A stretch of DNA of 64,000 bases, from positions 34,785-98,784 of the forward strand of contig CAWEPM010000020.1 of assembly GCA_963810895.1 (NCBI GenBank), read 5' to 3'. The notes below the pieces were generated by a model. The model was not told the DNA's origin. It ran no database searches and saw only the letters and a list, made by a program, of their open reading frames with translations. The DNA comes from an uncultured Actinomycetota bacterium. Its GTDB lineage: Bacteria > Actinomycetota > Actinomycetes > Actinomycetales > Micrococcaceae. Positions 1-13,328 of this stretch are shown here, in pieces. The position numbers and the translations under genes are program-made. Each line of letters starts with the position of its first letter. Within the stretch, counting starts at the first letter, position 1.

Positions 1-50
1 CTGCTCACCGCACGCATCCGCCCCATCGAAGTCCTCCGAGGAGAATAGCC

Positions 51-758
51 ATGATCGAAGTCAAGAACCTGGTCCGCACGTTCAAGTCCGGCGACCGGAC
101 CATCAAGCCGGTCAATGACGTCAGCTTCGAGCTCGAACAGGGCACGCTGGCCTCGATCGTGGGCAAGAGCGGCAGCGGCAAGAGCACCCTGCTGTCCCTG
201 CTCGGCGCCCTGGACAAGCCCACCAGCGGCGATGTGGTGGTCAACGGCGTGAGCCTGGCCAGCATGCCGGATGGAAAGCTGACCAACTACCGGCGCCGGG
301 ACATCGGCTTCGTGTTCCAGCAGTTCAACCTGATCCCGAACCTCTCGGCCGTGGACAACGTGATGCTGCCGATGGAGTTTGCCGGGGTGCGCAAGGCCGC
401 CCGGCTGGCGCGTGCCCGGCAGCTGCTCGAACAGGTCCAGCTCGATCCGGACAAGCACGTGCGGCGCATCAACCGGCTCTCCGGCGGCGAGCAGCAGCGG
501 GTGGCGATCGCCCGGGCCCTGGCGAACGAACCCAAGCTGATCCTGGCCGATGAACCCACGGGCAACCTGGACGAGCAGACCGGCGAGCACATCATCGAAC
601 TGCTCAGCGCGCTCAGCCGGGACCACAACACCACCATCCTGGTGGTCACCCACGACCGCTCCCTGGCCAACAAGACGGACCGGCGGTTCCGGCTCCAGCA
701 GGGCCGGCTCACGGAGGAAACGGCCAAGACCCGTGCGACGGCGGCCCTGCCGGGCTGA
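51..758 (+). CDS. ABC transporter ATP-binding protein (MacB/LolD-like)
   Basis: 235-aa ORF with Walker [13 protein letters not shown] signature [15 protein letters not shown] and Walker [17 protein letters not shown]-type RBS sits a few nt upstream of the ATG. Confidence 0.85.
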   Translation: MIEVKNLVRTFKSGDRTIKPVNDVSFELEQGTLASIVGKSGSGKSTLLSLLGALDKPTSGDVVVNGVSLASMPDGKLTNYRRRDIGFVFQQFNLIPNLSAVDNVMLPMEFAGVRKAARLARARQLLEQVQLDPDKHVRRINRLSGGEQQRVAIARALANEPKLILADEPTGNLDEQTGEHIIELLSALSRDHNTTILVVTHDRSLANKTDRRFRLQQGRLTEETAKTRATAALPG

Positions 759-889
759 GTGAGGCGCTGCCGGCCGGATCGCCTTCCGAGTCCTCCCGCA
801 GCTCTTGGCCCGCCAGCAGCTCGCATCCCTCCCGCAGCTCCTGCCGCCAAAGCCGCATCCCTCCCGCAGTCGGGTGAGAAGATGGCTCC

Positions 890-1960
890 ATGTCTGCCCT
901 CATCGCGAAGCCGTGGCTGTTCACCCAGCCGGACCAGGATCCCCGCACAGCCACCGGCGCCAGGCTGCGCTGGGGCATCATCGCCACCGGCGGGATCGCC
1001 GCCGCGGTCACCCGCGACCTCGAACTCCTGGCGGACGCGGAGCTGTATGCCGTCAGCTCCCGCACGCAGGCGGCGGCCGACGCGTTCGCGGCCGACTACG
1101 GCTTTGTCCGCGCCTACGGTGACCAGGACGGTGTGAGCGGTTATGACCGCCTGCTCGCGGATGCCGCCGTCGACGTCGTCTACGTCGCCACGCCGCACGC
1201 CCGCCACCACGAAATCGCCCTCGCCGCCCTCAACGCCGGCAAGCACGTGCTGTGCGAGAAGGCCCTCACCATCAACGCCCGGGAAGCGGCCGAGCTGATC
1301 GCGGTGGCCCGGGCCAACGGGTTGTTCCTGATGGAGGCGGTGTGGAGCCGGTTCCTGCCCAGCATGCAGCGGGCGTTCGAGATCGCTGCTTCGGGCGAGA
1401 TCGGTGCGGTCAAGTGGGTGGGCGCGGACCTCGGCTTCCCGGCACCATACTCGCCCGGTTCCCGGCTCTGGGCGCCCAAGGACGGCGGCGGCGCCCTGCT
1501 GGACCTCACGGTCTATCCGCTGCTCTGGGCCCTCGGCACGCTGGGGTTCCCGCAAACGGTCAGCGCCACCGGCTGGCTCAATGACGACGGCGTGGACGCC
1601 CAGAACGCCCTGACGCTCGGCTACCACCATGGCGCCCAGGCCCAGCTGACCTCGTCATTGCTGGCGCACGGACCCCGCACGGCCACGGTTGCCGGCAGCG
1701 AGGGCTTCCTCCAGACGACCGGCTCCATCAACAACCCGAAGGAACTGCTGGTCAGGATCGGCTTCGACGATCCCCGCACGGAGCACTTCACGGTGGTGGG
1801 CCGTGGCTACACCTACGAGCTCCGCGAGGTCACGCGGTGCATCCAGCAGGGGCTCACCGAGAGCCCGGTCATGCCGCTGGAGGACTCCCTGAACACCATG
1901 CGGCTCTTCGACGGCGTACGCGCGCAACTCGGCGTGAGCTACCCGAACGACGCCCACTGA
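890..1960 (+). CDS. Gfo/Idh/MocA family NAD(P)-dependent oxidoreductase
   Basis: 356-aa ORF with N-terminal Rossmann motif [10 protein letters not shown] and the EKAL-type motif ([12 protein letters not shown]) typical of this family. Confidence 0.8.
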   Translation: MSALIAKPWLFTQPDQDPRTATGARLRWGIIATGGIAAAVTRDLELLADAELYAVSSRTQAAADAFAADYGFVRAYGDQDGVSGYDRLLADAAVDVVYVATPHARHHEIALAALNAGKHVLCEKALTINAREAAELIAVARANGLFLMEAVWSRFLPSMQRAFEIAASGEIGAVKWVGADLGFPAPYSPGSRLWAPKDGGGALLDLTVYPLLWALGTLGFPQTVSATGWLNDDGVDAQNALTLGYHHGAQAQLTSSLLAHGPRTATVAGSEGFLQTTGSINNPKELLVRIGFDDPRTEHFTVVGRGYTYELREVTRCIQQGLTESPVMPLEDSLNTMRLFDGVRAQLGVSYPNDAH

Positions 1961-2094
1961 CCACGTCCGGCGGGCACCGAACCTGGCAAGTAGCGAGTGT
2001 CTCGGTATGCGTACAGTTTCTGCTCCGCTCTGGACTCGCCCGCTGGGGCCGACTTACCCTGTAGGCATTCGTCCGGTCGTCCCGAAGCGGGGGT

Positions 2095-3389
2095 GTGCGC
2101 ATGGCTCCAGCAGCAGCGACCTCCCGCACGGGCCGAACCCTCCGCCCCCTGCGCCGCGTCCTTTTGGCCGCCGTCGCCGGCGCCGCGTGGCTGACGCTCT
2201 CCGCAACTGCCGCACAGGCGGATGACCCCTGCACGTTCTACGGGCCTCCCGGCGGCTCCGGTGAGAGCGTGGTTGCGGCCGATTGCGCGGACGCCGACGA
2301 CTTCCCGGTTCCCTTCCTCGACGGAGCCCAGGTATCCCTCGACGCCGATCCGGCCCCGGCGGGCACGTGGGCGGCGGGCGCCGTTCCGGGCCCGAGAGTG
2401 CCGACGGCGGACATTGAACCGGACATTGCGCCGGATGTGGCGCCGGTCGCTGCTCACGTGACTGCTCTCCAGCCCGCCGCCGCTGCCCCCGAGCCCGCGG
2501 CTGCGGTTCCGGACGCGGCACCACCCGCCACTGACCCGGCGGCAACCGGTTCCTCCCTCCCCGCACCAGGGATCACACCGCCCGCAACCGTGCCCGTGGC
2601 GGACCCTGCCGCTCCCGTACCCGTCCCGGTGGTCCCGGATCCCGCAGCATCGGACCCGGCAGGTCCCGGAGCCCACGCTGCACCAGGTGCGGGACCTCAC
2701 AGTTCCGGACCCGGGCGTTGTTCCGCCGCTTGTGGACCCCGCGGCCCCGGTTCCCGATCCGGCCGGCCCGCTGCCCGGCGACCCTGCGGCAGTGCCGCCG
2801 GGCGGCATCCTTCCGGGCGACGTGCCGGCGGAGGCCCCAGCGGAAGCCCCGGTGACAACTCCGGCGGCCGCGGATGGCGCGTCCCCACCGGCAGACACCC
2901 CTAAGCGGGCACCGCAAAGCAGGCACCGCAAAAGCCAGCACCGCCAAGGCATCGAAACCGGAACCACCGGCTCCTGCTCCGGTTGGTCCCGAGGCGGCCG
3001 TCCCACTCGCTGCATACCGTCCCCCGGTTGCGCCGCGGGCTATTTCCCCGTGGCTGGTGCCTGAATCCCCTGCGGCGGCTCCTGTCCTAGCTGGCGCTGC
3101 CCCTCCGGTAGAACCCCCTGCCGGGACAGGTGAACCGCCGACGCCCGCGGGAGACCCGGGTCCGGGTCCCTGGCATGGAGGCACGGGCCTGCCCGCGCCT
3201 GACGCGCTCCCTCCTGCTCCCGGGTCGGGGTCCGGCAGCGGGAACTCTGCCAATGGGCCTGCCGGAACGGCTGCATGGATGCCCAGCCTGTACTTCTACC
3301 TGCCCACAACGGGGGCCGACCCCATCAGCGGTCCGCTCCAGCACGAGTACGCCGCCGTTTGCGCTGATCCCGGTTCTTCTCCTGACTAG
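2095..3389 (+). CDS. Pro/Ala-rich secreted protein; reading frame interrupted (frameshifts near 2700 and 2890), possible LPXTG sorting signal near the end
   Basis: N-terminal signal-like segment (RPLRRVLLAAVAGAAWLTLSATAAQA), then low-complexity PAPV repeats continuing across three overlapping ORFs (2095-2904, 2687-3064, 2874-3389). LPTTG lies at about 3300, and an alternative frame after it gives the hydrophobic stretch FALIPVLLLTS followed by R. Confidence 0.35.
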
Positions 3390-3938
3390 TCGGGCCGTCT
3401 CTGCCTCCACAGAGCACGGCCCGTCGGGCTGCCTTGGCCGCCCGTTAACAGTCACCCAGGAGATCTCCCCATGGACTCGACCGTCCACCGCCGGGTTTCC
3501 GGCACCCCACTTCCCAACGGGCTAATCCCGTCAGCGCCGTCGCCCTCAGCGCCGTCGACTTTCTGCGCCCTTACTTTCTGTGCCCCCGATATTCACGTCC
3601 AGGCCGGCACGAGAAGTACTGCGCACCCCCGCGCCCCCGGAGCGTTCCGGTCCGCATCCGCGCCCGGGGTGCATGCCCCGCCCTCCATAGCGCACTCACC
3701 GCTCCCGCCGAGGTCCTGTAACCGCCGGAGCGAGGTCGTTGGGTCCGCTGGGGGACCGAACGGCATTCACTGGCTCCGGCGGCAGGGCTTCTGCGGATGG
3801 GCAACAGGTCAAGCAATGAGGGCCGTTGCGGGCTGCGGCGCGATCTGACGCAAGCCGCACGGCACGGAACCGGATACCCGTCCCCGTATTATTCTTTAGG
3901 AGCGCCGCCGGGGCGCACACGGAAGGTATGGGGACATC

Positions 3939-5177
3939 GTGGACAGTTCGCCCAACAGCGTCGCGACGGAGCCCTTGGGCGGCCGCTATCAGTTGGGCGA
4001 CGTGATTGGCCGGGGCGGCATGGCCTCGGTCTACACGGCCAAGGACCTGAACCTGGGCCGGGACGTGGCCCTGAAACTCTTCGCACCGCAGTCGGCCGAT
4101 CCTGACGAGCTTCGCCGCCAGGAGGCCGAGATCGAGCTCTTGGCGACACTGAACCATCCAAGCCTGGTGACACTGTTCGACGCCGGGACGGACACCCGGA
4201 TTCCCGACGAGCCCCGGCCCTTCCTGACCATGGAGCTCGTGGACGGCCAGGATCTGCGGACCCGGATCCGCCACAGTCCACTGCCGCTTGACGAGTTGGC
4301 CGTGGTCGGTGCCGGGATCGCCGACGCCCTCGCCTACGTCCACGGCCTCGGCATCGTCCACCGGGACATCAAACCCGCCAACATCCTCCTGGTACCGGTC
4401 CGGCCGGGAGAGCCGCTTCGGCCCAAGCTCACAGACTTTGGCATCGCGCGCATCATCGACGGCACCCGGCTAACGGCCACGGGAACCATGGTGGGAACAG
4501 CCGCCTATCTCAGCCCGGAACAGGCCCGCGGCGCCGACCTCGGACCGGCGAGCGACATCTACTCCCTGGGACTGGTTCTGCTCGAATGCCTCAAGGGCGA
4601 AGTGGAGTACCCGGGTAGCGCCGTCGAATCCGCCGTCGCGCGACTGCACCGCGCCCCCGCAATTCCGGACGCGGTCCCCGCCGAGTGGGCCCGGCTCATC
4701 CGGGCCATGACCGCCGTCGACCCCTTGGACCGCCCCTCGGCTGCCGAACTTGAGGCAGCCTTGCGCTTTGCCCTCGTTTCCCCCGGGTCTTTGCCGGGGC
4801 CCGTCAAAGAGGAACCCACCCGGGTGCTGCCGGCCCCGCCATCGAGGCCACGCCGGCCACCCCGGCGCGGAGCCGCAGCGGCGGCGGGAACCCGCCCCCT
4901 GAACCTGCCGGACCCGGATGCTCTGCCGCGGCGGCCGCGCCGCCGCCCCTCCGCTTCCCGCCGTTCCCTCCTTTCCCGCGGAACCGCCTTGTTCTCCCGG
5001 GCCCGGCTCCGCACACGCCTGGCCCTGGTGCTTGCCGTGCTGGCTGTCCTCGCCGTGGGGGCAGCGATCGCGGTCACTCTCTCCACCCCTGACGCTCCCG
5101 ACGTCGTCCCCTACCCCACCGTCACGGGGCCGCTCGGCGATCACCTGAAAGACCTGCAGAAGAGCGTGGAACCATGA
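3939..5177 (+). CDS. Ser/Thr protein kinase (Hanks-type) with C-terminal membrane anchor
   Basis: 412 aa with GRGGMASVY...K (subdomains I/II), HRDIKPANILL catalytic loop, DFGIA and SPEQ motifs. A Pro/Arg-rich linker precedes a C-terminal hydrophobic helix LALVLAVLAVLAVGAAIAV. Confidence 0.85.
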   Translation: MDSSPNSVATEPLGGRYQLGDVIGRGGMASVYTAKDLNLGRDVALKLFAPQSADPDELRRQEAEIELLATLNHPSLVTLFDAGTDTRIPDEPRPFLTMELVDGQDLRTRIRHSPLPLDELAVVGAGIADALAYVHGLGIVHRDIKPANILLVPVRPGEPLRPKLTDFGIARIIDGTRLTATGTMVGTAAYLSPEQARGADLGPASDIYSLGLVLLECLKGEVEYPGSAVESAVARLHRAPAIPDAVPAEWARLIRAMTAVDPLDRPSAAELEAALRFALVSPGSLPGPVKEEPTRVLPAPPSRPRRPPRRGAAAAAGTRPLNLPDPDALPRRPRRRPSASRRSLLSRGTALFSRARLRTRLALVLAVLAVLAVGAAIAVTLSTPDAPDVVPYPTVTGPLGDHLKDLQKSVEP

Positions 5178-5689
5178 TGCATCCGCGAATCACCCGGCAG
5201 GGCCGCAGCCGTTCCAACTACCGGACGCCGGCAGGATTCCTGGCGGGAGTGCTGCTGGCCGGGGCGCTGGCCGGCTGCGGCTCCCCTGCGCCTGAGTTGG
5301 ACCGCGACGCCGCCAGGCAACTGCAATCCCAGGTCCTGTCCGTCAGCCAGGCTGCTGCCGCCAACGACCCCGCCGGCTCCCTGAAGCTCCTTGACGGGCT
5401 GCTGACCCGGCTGGATGCTGCCGCCGCCAGCGGCGAGGTTTCCTTCAAACGTCACCAGAGCATCAAGTCAGCGATCGACGCCGTCCGGGCGGACCTTGCC
5501 GCGCAGCAGGCCGCCGCCGAACGCGCGGCGGCCGAACAAGCGGCCGCGGCACAGGCGGCTGCGGAAAAAGTCGCTGCAGAAAAAGCGGCGGCTGAACAAG
5601 CCGCAGCGGCCCAGGCGGTCGCCCCGGCTCCGGCACCGGCCGGCAACGGCAATGCCAAGGGAAAATCGAAGGGAAAGGGGAAGGGCTGA
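5174..5689 (+). CDS. Ala-rich lipoprotein, hypothetical
   Basis: Start ATG overlaps the kinase stop (ATGATG), suggesting translational coupling. Signal peptide with lipobox LAGC, then tandem AAEQAAAAQAAAEKVAAEKAAAEQ repeats and a Lys/Gly tail. Confidence 0.5.
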   Translation: MMHPRITRQGRSRSNYRTPAGFLAGVLLAGALAGCGSPAPELDRDAARQLQSQVLSVSQAAAANDPAGSLKLLDGLLTRLDAAAASGEVSFKRHQSIKSAIDAVRADLAAQQAAAERAAAEQAAAAQAAAEKVAAEKAAAEQAAAAQAVAPAPAPAGNGNAKGKSKGKGKG

Positions 5690-5840
5690 TCCAGCGGCCC
5701 TTCCCGACGGCCCCTCCCGACAGCCCGTCCCGGACGGACGGCAAAACGCCCCGGCAGCAGAACGCCCCGCCTCCCTTCCGGGAGGCGGGGCGTTCTGCGC
5801 GATCGCTGCCTGAGCGCTGCCTGAGTGCTGCGGCCGAGGA

Positions 5841-8116
<2,276 letters not shown>

Positions 8117-8310
8117 TCAACACCCCCTAACTTACCCGAGGTGCCCCCGTTGGCGCCTACCGGCGTCGTGCGCGGGCGGGTGCGTGACACCCCAACACGG
8201 CATAACAAGAATTGACAAATGACTTTACAGATTAGTCAAACTGCCGTAGTTTCGTTCCCATCCAGCGGCCGCCACCGGCGGCCGCCTCGCTTTCCACCGG
8301 TTAGGACACC

Positions 8311-9339
8311 ATGAGAACACCCAAGACTCTGGCCACCAGCCTGCTGACTTTTTCGGCCGCCGCCCTGCTGGCCCTGAGTGCCGCGGGGGCGGCCACCGCC
8401 TCCCCCGCGCCGGCCAAGGCACCGGCTTCCGCATCCGATGTCTCGAGCCATACAGTCACGGAAACGGGCACGGCGGACTACTGGACCGCGGAGCGCATGC
8501 GCAACGCCGTCCCCGGTGACGTCCTGGCGGACAAGGCCATGAAGCGCGGCAAGTCCTCGAAGTCCGCGGCGGCACCGCTGGAGGGTGCCGCCCCGAGCAC
8601 GGTCGAGGCTGCGGCTCCGGCGCCTCAATCCCCGGCCCTGAAGTCGCAGACGCTGCAGTCGCAGACGCCGCAGACCAAGGCCAACGCGAGCGAGTCCCCT
8701 GTCCCGCACATCGGCAAGGTCTTCTTCACCCTTGGCGGGACCAACTACGTGTGCTCCGGCAACTCGGTCTCCTCCGGCAACAGGAGCACCGTCTCCACGG
8801 CCGGGCATTGCGTCAATGAGGGCCCGGGCGCGTTCGCCACCAAGTTTACGTTCGTCCCGGCGTACCTCAACGGCGCCGCCCCGTACGGCAAGTGGACGGC
8901 CAAGGCCCTCTACGCCCCCACCCAGTGGAGCTCCTCGGGCGACATGACTTACGACACCGGCTTCGCCGTGATGTCCACGCTCAACGGGCAGTACCTGACC
9001 GATGTGGTCGGCGGCTCCGGGCTGCAGTTCAACGCCGCCCGCGGCCTGAGCTACAAGTCCTTCGGCTACCCCGCCGCGGCGCCCTTCAACGGTGAATCCC
9101 TCAAGAGCTGCTCCGGCACCGCCACCAACGATCCCAACAACCCGCAGTTCAACACCCAGGGGATCCCGTGCAACATGACCGGCGGCTCTTCGGGCGGTCC
9201 GTGGTTCATCGGCACCAGCGCGTCCGGCTACCAGAACTCCATCAACAGCTACGGATACGGCAGCAACTCCACCACGATGTACGGCCCCTACTGGGGCAGC
9301 GTCATCCAGCAGGCCTACACCACAGCGGCCGCTTCCTAG
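8311..9339 (+). CDS. secreted trypsin-like serine protease (S1 family, glutamyl-endopeptidase-like)
   Basis: Signal peptide, catalytic His context TAGHC, and GDSGGP-type Ser motif MTGGSSGGPWF. 342 aa. Confidence 0.8.
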   Translation: MRTPKTLATSLLTFSAAALLALSAAGAATASPAPAKAPASASDVSSHTVTETGTADYWTAERMRNAVPGDVLADKAMKRGKSSKSAAAPLEGAAPSTVEAAAPAPQSPALKSQTLQSQTPQTKANASESPVPHIGKVFFTLGGTNYVCSGNSVSSGNRSTVSTAGHCVNEGPGAFATKFTFVPAYLNGAAPYGKWTAKALYAPTQWSSSGDMTYDTGFAVMSTLNGQYLTDVVGGSGLQFNAARGLSYKSFGYPAAAPFNGESLKSCSGTATNDPNNPQFNTQGIPCNMTGGSSGGPWFIGTSASGYQNSINSYGYGSNSTTMYGPYWGSVIQQAYTTAAAS

Positions 9340-9407
9340 CCTGATCTGCACGGGCCTGGTTGACCCCGGGCTCGTGCACTTCAGGCTTGCTTATCCGGGC
9401 TGCGCCT

Positions 9408-9555
9408 GCCCGGCTTCATGTACCGCAGGTGCGCGCATCCCAGCCGCTTACTGCAGCTTCATGCTATCCCAGCTTCTTCTGCCCGGGCTTCATGTACCGC
9501 CGCATCCCAACCGTATTAACTGCAGCTTCATCCATCCCAAGCTTCATGAACCCCA
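9408..9555. repeat. tandem duplication of about 75 nt (cccggcttcatgtaccgc...gcagcttcat..atccca)
   Basis: Two adjacent copies in the 3'-3' intergenic region between the protease and purH. Confidence 0.6.
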
Positions 9556-9648
9556 GCGCGGGGTCACTTGCGGCCCATCTCCAGCAGCGGGGAGGGCTCG
9601 CGGTGGCCTCGCGTTGGCGTTAATGCGCGACGGCGGCGGCCCACCACT

Positions 9649-10040
9649 GGACATGCCCTCCCCACAGGGCAAGGCATGGACATATCCCCCATATGTCCAC
9701 TCCTTGCCATGAAAAATGAGCATGTCCCCCGGCAAGGATGAGCATGTTCCACGGGCAGACCCACCAGCCCAACCCTTGGCACAAGGAATGAGCATGTCCC
9801 TCGGGGCAGCATGTCCCGCGGCCGGCATGTCCCCGGGCCCAGCCACCGTGCCCCACGAAGAAAGGGCATGTCCCTGCAGCGGGCCCGGCCAACGTCTGAG
9901 CTCACGGGACATGCCCTCCCCACAGCCCAAGGCATGGACATATCCCGCATATGCCCACTCCTTGCTATGAAAAATGAGCATGTCCCCCGGCAAGAATGAG
10001 CATGTCCCCCGGGCGGGCAGTCAGCCCAACCCCTGGCACA
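9649..10040. repeat. two copies of an about 130-nt unit densely packed with the CATGTCC / GGACATGTCC motif
   Basis: Copy 1 at about 9649-9790 and copy 2 at about 9907-10040 are near-identical (ggacatgccctccccacag..caaggcatggacatatccc..catatg.ccactccttgc.atgaaaaatgagcatgtcccccggcaag.atgagcatgt). There are 12 or more CATGTCC occurrences in about 450 nt. Confidence 0.6.
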
Positions 10041-10043
10041 AAA

Positions 10044-10091
10044 AATGGACATGTCCTCCGGGTAAGGGAGGACATGTCCATTCTTTGTGCT
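10044..10091 (-). terminator. intrinsic terminator of purH
   Basis: Perfect 16-bp inverted repeat AATGGACATGTCCTCC / GGAGGACATGTCCATT. On the minus strand the stem is followed by TTTTTTGTG, and it lies immediately 3' of the purH stop. Confidence 0.7.
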
Positions 10092-10116
10092 GATTCTTCC
10101 TGCGGAAGACGACGCC

Positions 10117-11802
10117 CTAGTGGAAGAAGTGGCGGGCTCCCGTGAAGTACATGGTGATGCCTGCGGCGTTGGCTGCGGCGATGACTTCCTCGTCGCGGAC
10201 GGAGCCGCCGGGCTGGACCACGGCACGCACGCCGGCATCGATCAGGATCTGCAGGCCGTCGGCGAACGGGAAGAACGCGTCCGATGCCGCCACCGCGCCG
10301 CGGGCACGCTCGGGTGCTTCGGACGCGTCGGTGCCGGCCGCACCGCCGGCTGCGTCGACGTCGGACTCCACGGTGACGCCGAGCGTGTTGGCGCGCTCGA
10401 CCGCGAGCTTGCAGGAATCGAGCCGGTTGACCTGGCCCATGCCGATGCCGACGGCGGCACCGTTGTCCGCGAGCAGGATGGCGTTGGACTTGGCGGCGCG
10501 GCAGGCGGTCCAGGCGAACGCGAGGTCGGCCAGGGTGTCGGCATCGGCGGCGTCGCCCGCGGCGAGGGTCCAGTTGGCGGGGTTGTCACCCTCGGCGTCG
10601 ACCTTGTCCGTGGCCTGCACCAGCATGCCGCCGGAGACCTGGCGGAACTCGGTCGGGTAGCGGCCGTATCCCTCGGGCAGGGCCAGGAGGCGGATGTTCT
10701 TCTTCTTGGACAGGATCTCCACGGCCTCGTCCTCGAAGCCCGGCGCGATGACGACCTCCGTGAAGATGCCGGCGACGGTGCGCGCCATGCCGGCGGTGAC
10801 CGTGCGGTTCGCGGCGATGACGCCGCCGAACGCGGACACGGGATCGCAGGCGTGCGCCTTGGCGTGGGCGTCGGCGATGGAGTCAGCCGCGGAGGCCGAA
10901 CCCACGGCCACGCCGCACGGGTTGGCGTGCTTGATGATGGCGACGGCGGGCTCGGCGAAGTCGAACGCGGCGCGCAGGGCGGCATCGGCGTCGACAAAGT
11001 TGTTGTAGCTCATGGCCTTGCCGTGCAGCTGGTCGGCCTGCGCGATGCCGGCCGGGGCGGCCCGGTCCACGTACAGCGCGGCCTGCTGGTGCGGGTTTTC
11101 GCCGTAGCGCAGGACCTCGGAGCGTTCCAGGGCCAGGCCGGCGTAGGCGGGCCAGTCGATCACGCCGTCGCCGTCCTCGTCGCGGAACTGGCTGGCGGTC
11201 CAGGTGGCCACGGCGGTGTCGTAGGACGCGGTGTGCGCGAACGCCTTGGCGGCGAGCCGGCGCCGGGTCTTCAGGTCAAAGCCGCCCGAGGCGGCCGCCT
11301 CCACCACGGCACCGTAGGACGCCGGGTCCACCACGATCGCGACGGCGGCGTGGTTCTTCGCGGCCGAGCGCACCATTGCCGGGCCGCCGATGTCGATCTG
11401 CTCGACGACGTCGTCCGGCGCCGCGCCGGACTTCACGGTCTCCACGAAGGGGTACAGGTTGACGACGACGAGGTCGAACGGCTCGATCTCCATGTCCGCC
11501 AGCGTCTGCATGTGCGCCGGGACGCGGCGGTCCGCGAGGATGCCGCCGTGCACGCGCGGGTGCAGGGTCTTGACCCGGCCGTCCAGCATTTCCGGCGAGC
11601 CGGTGACTTCTTCGACTTCCTGCACGGGGATGCCCGCGGCGGCGATCTTCTTGGCCGTGGAGCCGGTGGAGACGATCTTGACGCCGGCGTCGTGCAGGCC
11701 CTGAGCGAGCTCCTCCAGACCGGTCTTGTCGTAGACCGAAATCAGTGCCCGGCGGATGGGCACTCGGTCGATGGATACACGGTCAAGCTGCGTGAAGCTC
11801 AC
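10117..11802 (-). CDS. purH: bifunctional AICAR transformylase / IMP cyclohydrolase
   Basis: Hallmark N-terminus [14 protein letters not shown] and the MGS-like plus AICARFT/IMPCH domains are conserved over full length. Start placed at a GTG with upstream GGAGAC; the ORF extends further upstream to 11928. Confidence 0.9.
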   Translation of the reverse strand: MSFTQLDRVSIDRVPIRRALISVYDKTGLEELAQGLHDAGVKIVSTGSTAKKIAAAGIPVQEVEEVTGSPEMLDGRVKTLHPRVHGGILADRRVPAHMQTLADMEIEPFDLVVVNLYPFVETVKSGAAPDDVVEQIDIGGPAMVRSAAKNHAAVAIVVDPASYGAVVEAAASGGFDLKTRRRLAAKAFAHTASYDTAVATWTASQFRDEDGDGVIDWPAYAGLALERSEVLRYGENPHQQAALYVDRAAPAGIAQADQLHGKAMSYNNFVDADAALRAAFDFAEPAVAIIKHANPCGVAVGSASAADSIADAHAKAHACDPVSAFGGVIAANRTVTAGMARTVAGIFTEVVIAPGFEDEAVEILSKKKNIRLLALPEGYGRYPTEFRQVSGGMLVQATDKVDAEGDNPANWTLAAGDAADADTLADLAFAWTACRAAKSNAILLADNGAAVGIGMGQVNRLDSCKLAVERANTLGVTVESDVDAAGGAAGTDASEAPERARGAVAASDAFFPFADGLQILIDAGVRAVVQPGGSVRDEEVIAAANAAGITMYFTGARHFFH

Positions 11803-11952
11803 AAAAGTCTCCGTCTTATGTCGCGGCGGGGCCGCGGGTGGTGGGGATGCGGCCAGTTTATCGCGTCCGGGCACCGGGCCGTCCCGCGCGCCGGAGTGTG
11901 AAGCACACACCGGCCGCGCCCGGGCCACGTAGAGTTTTCACAGGAGGCCAAG

Positions 11953-13305
11953 ATGAACACGTACACCACTGTGCCCAGCGGCGAACAGGTGGTCCAGGAA
12001 CTGCCGTGGCGGTGGAAGGTCCAGGGCAGGATCTTCCTGATCGGCGGCCTGGGCTTCATGTTCGATGCCTGGGACGTCACCCTCAACGGCATCCTCATTC
12101 CGCTGCTGTCCAAGCACTGGTCGCTGAGCCCGGGCGATGCCGCCTGGATCGGCACGGCAAACCTCATCGGCATGGCCCTGGGCGCCTTCGTCTGGGGCAC
12201 CATCGCGGACACGATCGGGCGCAAGAAGGCCTTCACCGCGACCCTGCTGATCTTCTCCATCTTCACCGTGCTCGGCGCGTTCTCCCCCGATTTCATGTGG
12301 TTCGTCGTGTTCCGTTTCCTGGCCGGGTTCGGCCTGGGCGGCTGCATCCCGGTCGACTATGCGCTGGTGGGCGAGTTCACTCCCCGCAAACAGCGCGGCC
12401 GGGTGCTCACCGCGATGGATGGCTGGTGGCCGATCGGCGCCGCCCTCTGCGGTTTCGTCTCAGCCGGGCTGGTCGCGGCCTTCGCGGACTGGCGGCTGAC
12501 CATGCTGGTCATGGTGCTCCCGGCGCTGCTCGTGTTCTGGATCCGCCGCAGCGTGCCGGAATCCCCGCTGTTCCTGATCCGCAAGGGCCGCCGCGACGAG
12601 GCCGCCAAGGTGATCGACGGCCTGGTCGAAGCCACCGGCGCCGAGCCCCGGGTCTACAGCCTGCCCGCACCGCAGGACGCGCCCCGCCTCTCCGCAGGCA
12701 GCGCGTGGACGCAGTTGCGCGCGCTCTGGCAGTTCAACTGGAAGATCACGACGGCGGCGTGGGCCCTCTTCTTCTCCATCCTGCTGGTCTACTACCTCTC
12801 GCTGACGTGGATGCCGCGGATCCTGATCGGCGCCGGGTTCGAGGAGTACAAGGCCTTCCTCACGACGGCGTCCATGGCCGCCGTCGGGCTCCTCGGCGTG
12901 GTGGTGGCCGCCCTGCTGGTGGAGCGCGTGGGCCGCAAGTGGATCCTGGCCATCACCGGCCCCTTGTCCGCACTGACGCTCGTGATCGTGGCGATCGTGG
13001 TGGACATCCCGACGGCGGCCGTGTTCTGGCTGCTGGTGTTCGGCTTCGTCGTGCAGGTGGCCATCCCGGTGCTCTACGCCTACGTCTCCGAGCTGTACCC
13101 CACGGAACTGCGCGGCTCCGGCTTCGGCTGGGCCTCGACGTTCTCCCGGCTCGGCGCCGGGTTCGGGCCGCTGGTCTTCGCGGCGTTCCTGTGGCCGGAG
13201 CTGGGGCTGGCGACGTCGTTCGCCCTGGCCGGCGGGCTCGTGCTGCTGTCCGTGCTGTGGATGGCGTTCTTCGCCCCCGAAACCAAGCAACGCCGGCTCG
13301 AGTAG
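11953..13305 (+). CDS. MFS transporter
   Basis: 450 aa, 12 predicted TM segments, and the MFS motif GTIADTIGRKKAF between TM2 and TM3. It is inserted in opposite orientation between purN and purH. Confidence 0.85.
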   Translation: MNTYTTVPSGEQVVQELPWRWKVQGRIFLIGGLGFMFDAWDVTLNGILIPLLSKHWSLSPGDAAWIGTANLIGMALGAFVWGTIADTIGRKKAFTATLLIFSIFTVLGAFSPDFMWFVVFRFLAGFGLGGCIPVDYALVGEFTPRKQRGRVLTAMDGWWPIGAALCGFVSAGLVAAFADWRLTMLVMVLPALLVFWIRRSVPESPLFLIRKGRRDEAAKVIDGLVEATGAEPRVYSLPAPQDAPRLSAGSAWTQLRALWQFNWKITTAAWALFFSILLVYYLSLTWMPRILIGAGFEEYKAFLTTASMAAVGLLGVVVAALLVERVGRKWILAITGPLSALTLVIVAIVVDIPTAAVFWLLVFGFVVQVAIPVLYAYVSELYPTELRGSGFGWASTFSRLGAGFGPLVFAAFLWPELGLATSFALAGGLVLLSVLWMAFFAPETKQRRLE

Positions 13306-13328
13306 CGCCCCACCACTCGCATGCGCTA

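Noticed and set aside
287-1630. 447-aa minus-strand ORF
   Set aside because: It is antisense to the ABC ATPase and Gfo/Idh/MocA genes, its translation is Arg/Gly/Pro-rich with no motif, and this is typical of a high-GC antisense open frame.
10087-11901. 604-aa plus-strand ORF
   Set aside because: It is antisense to purH, which is unambiguous on the minus strand.
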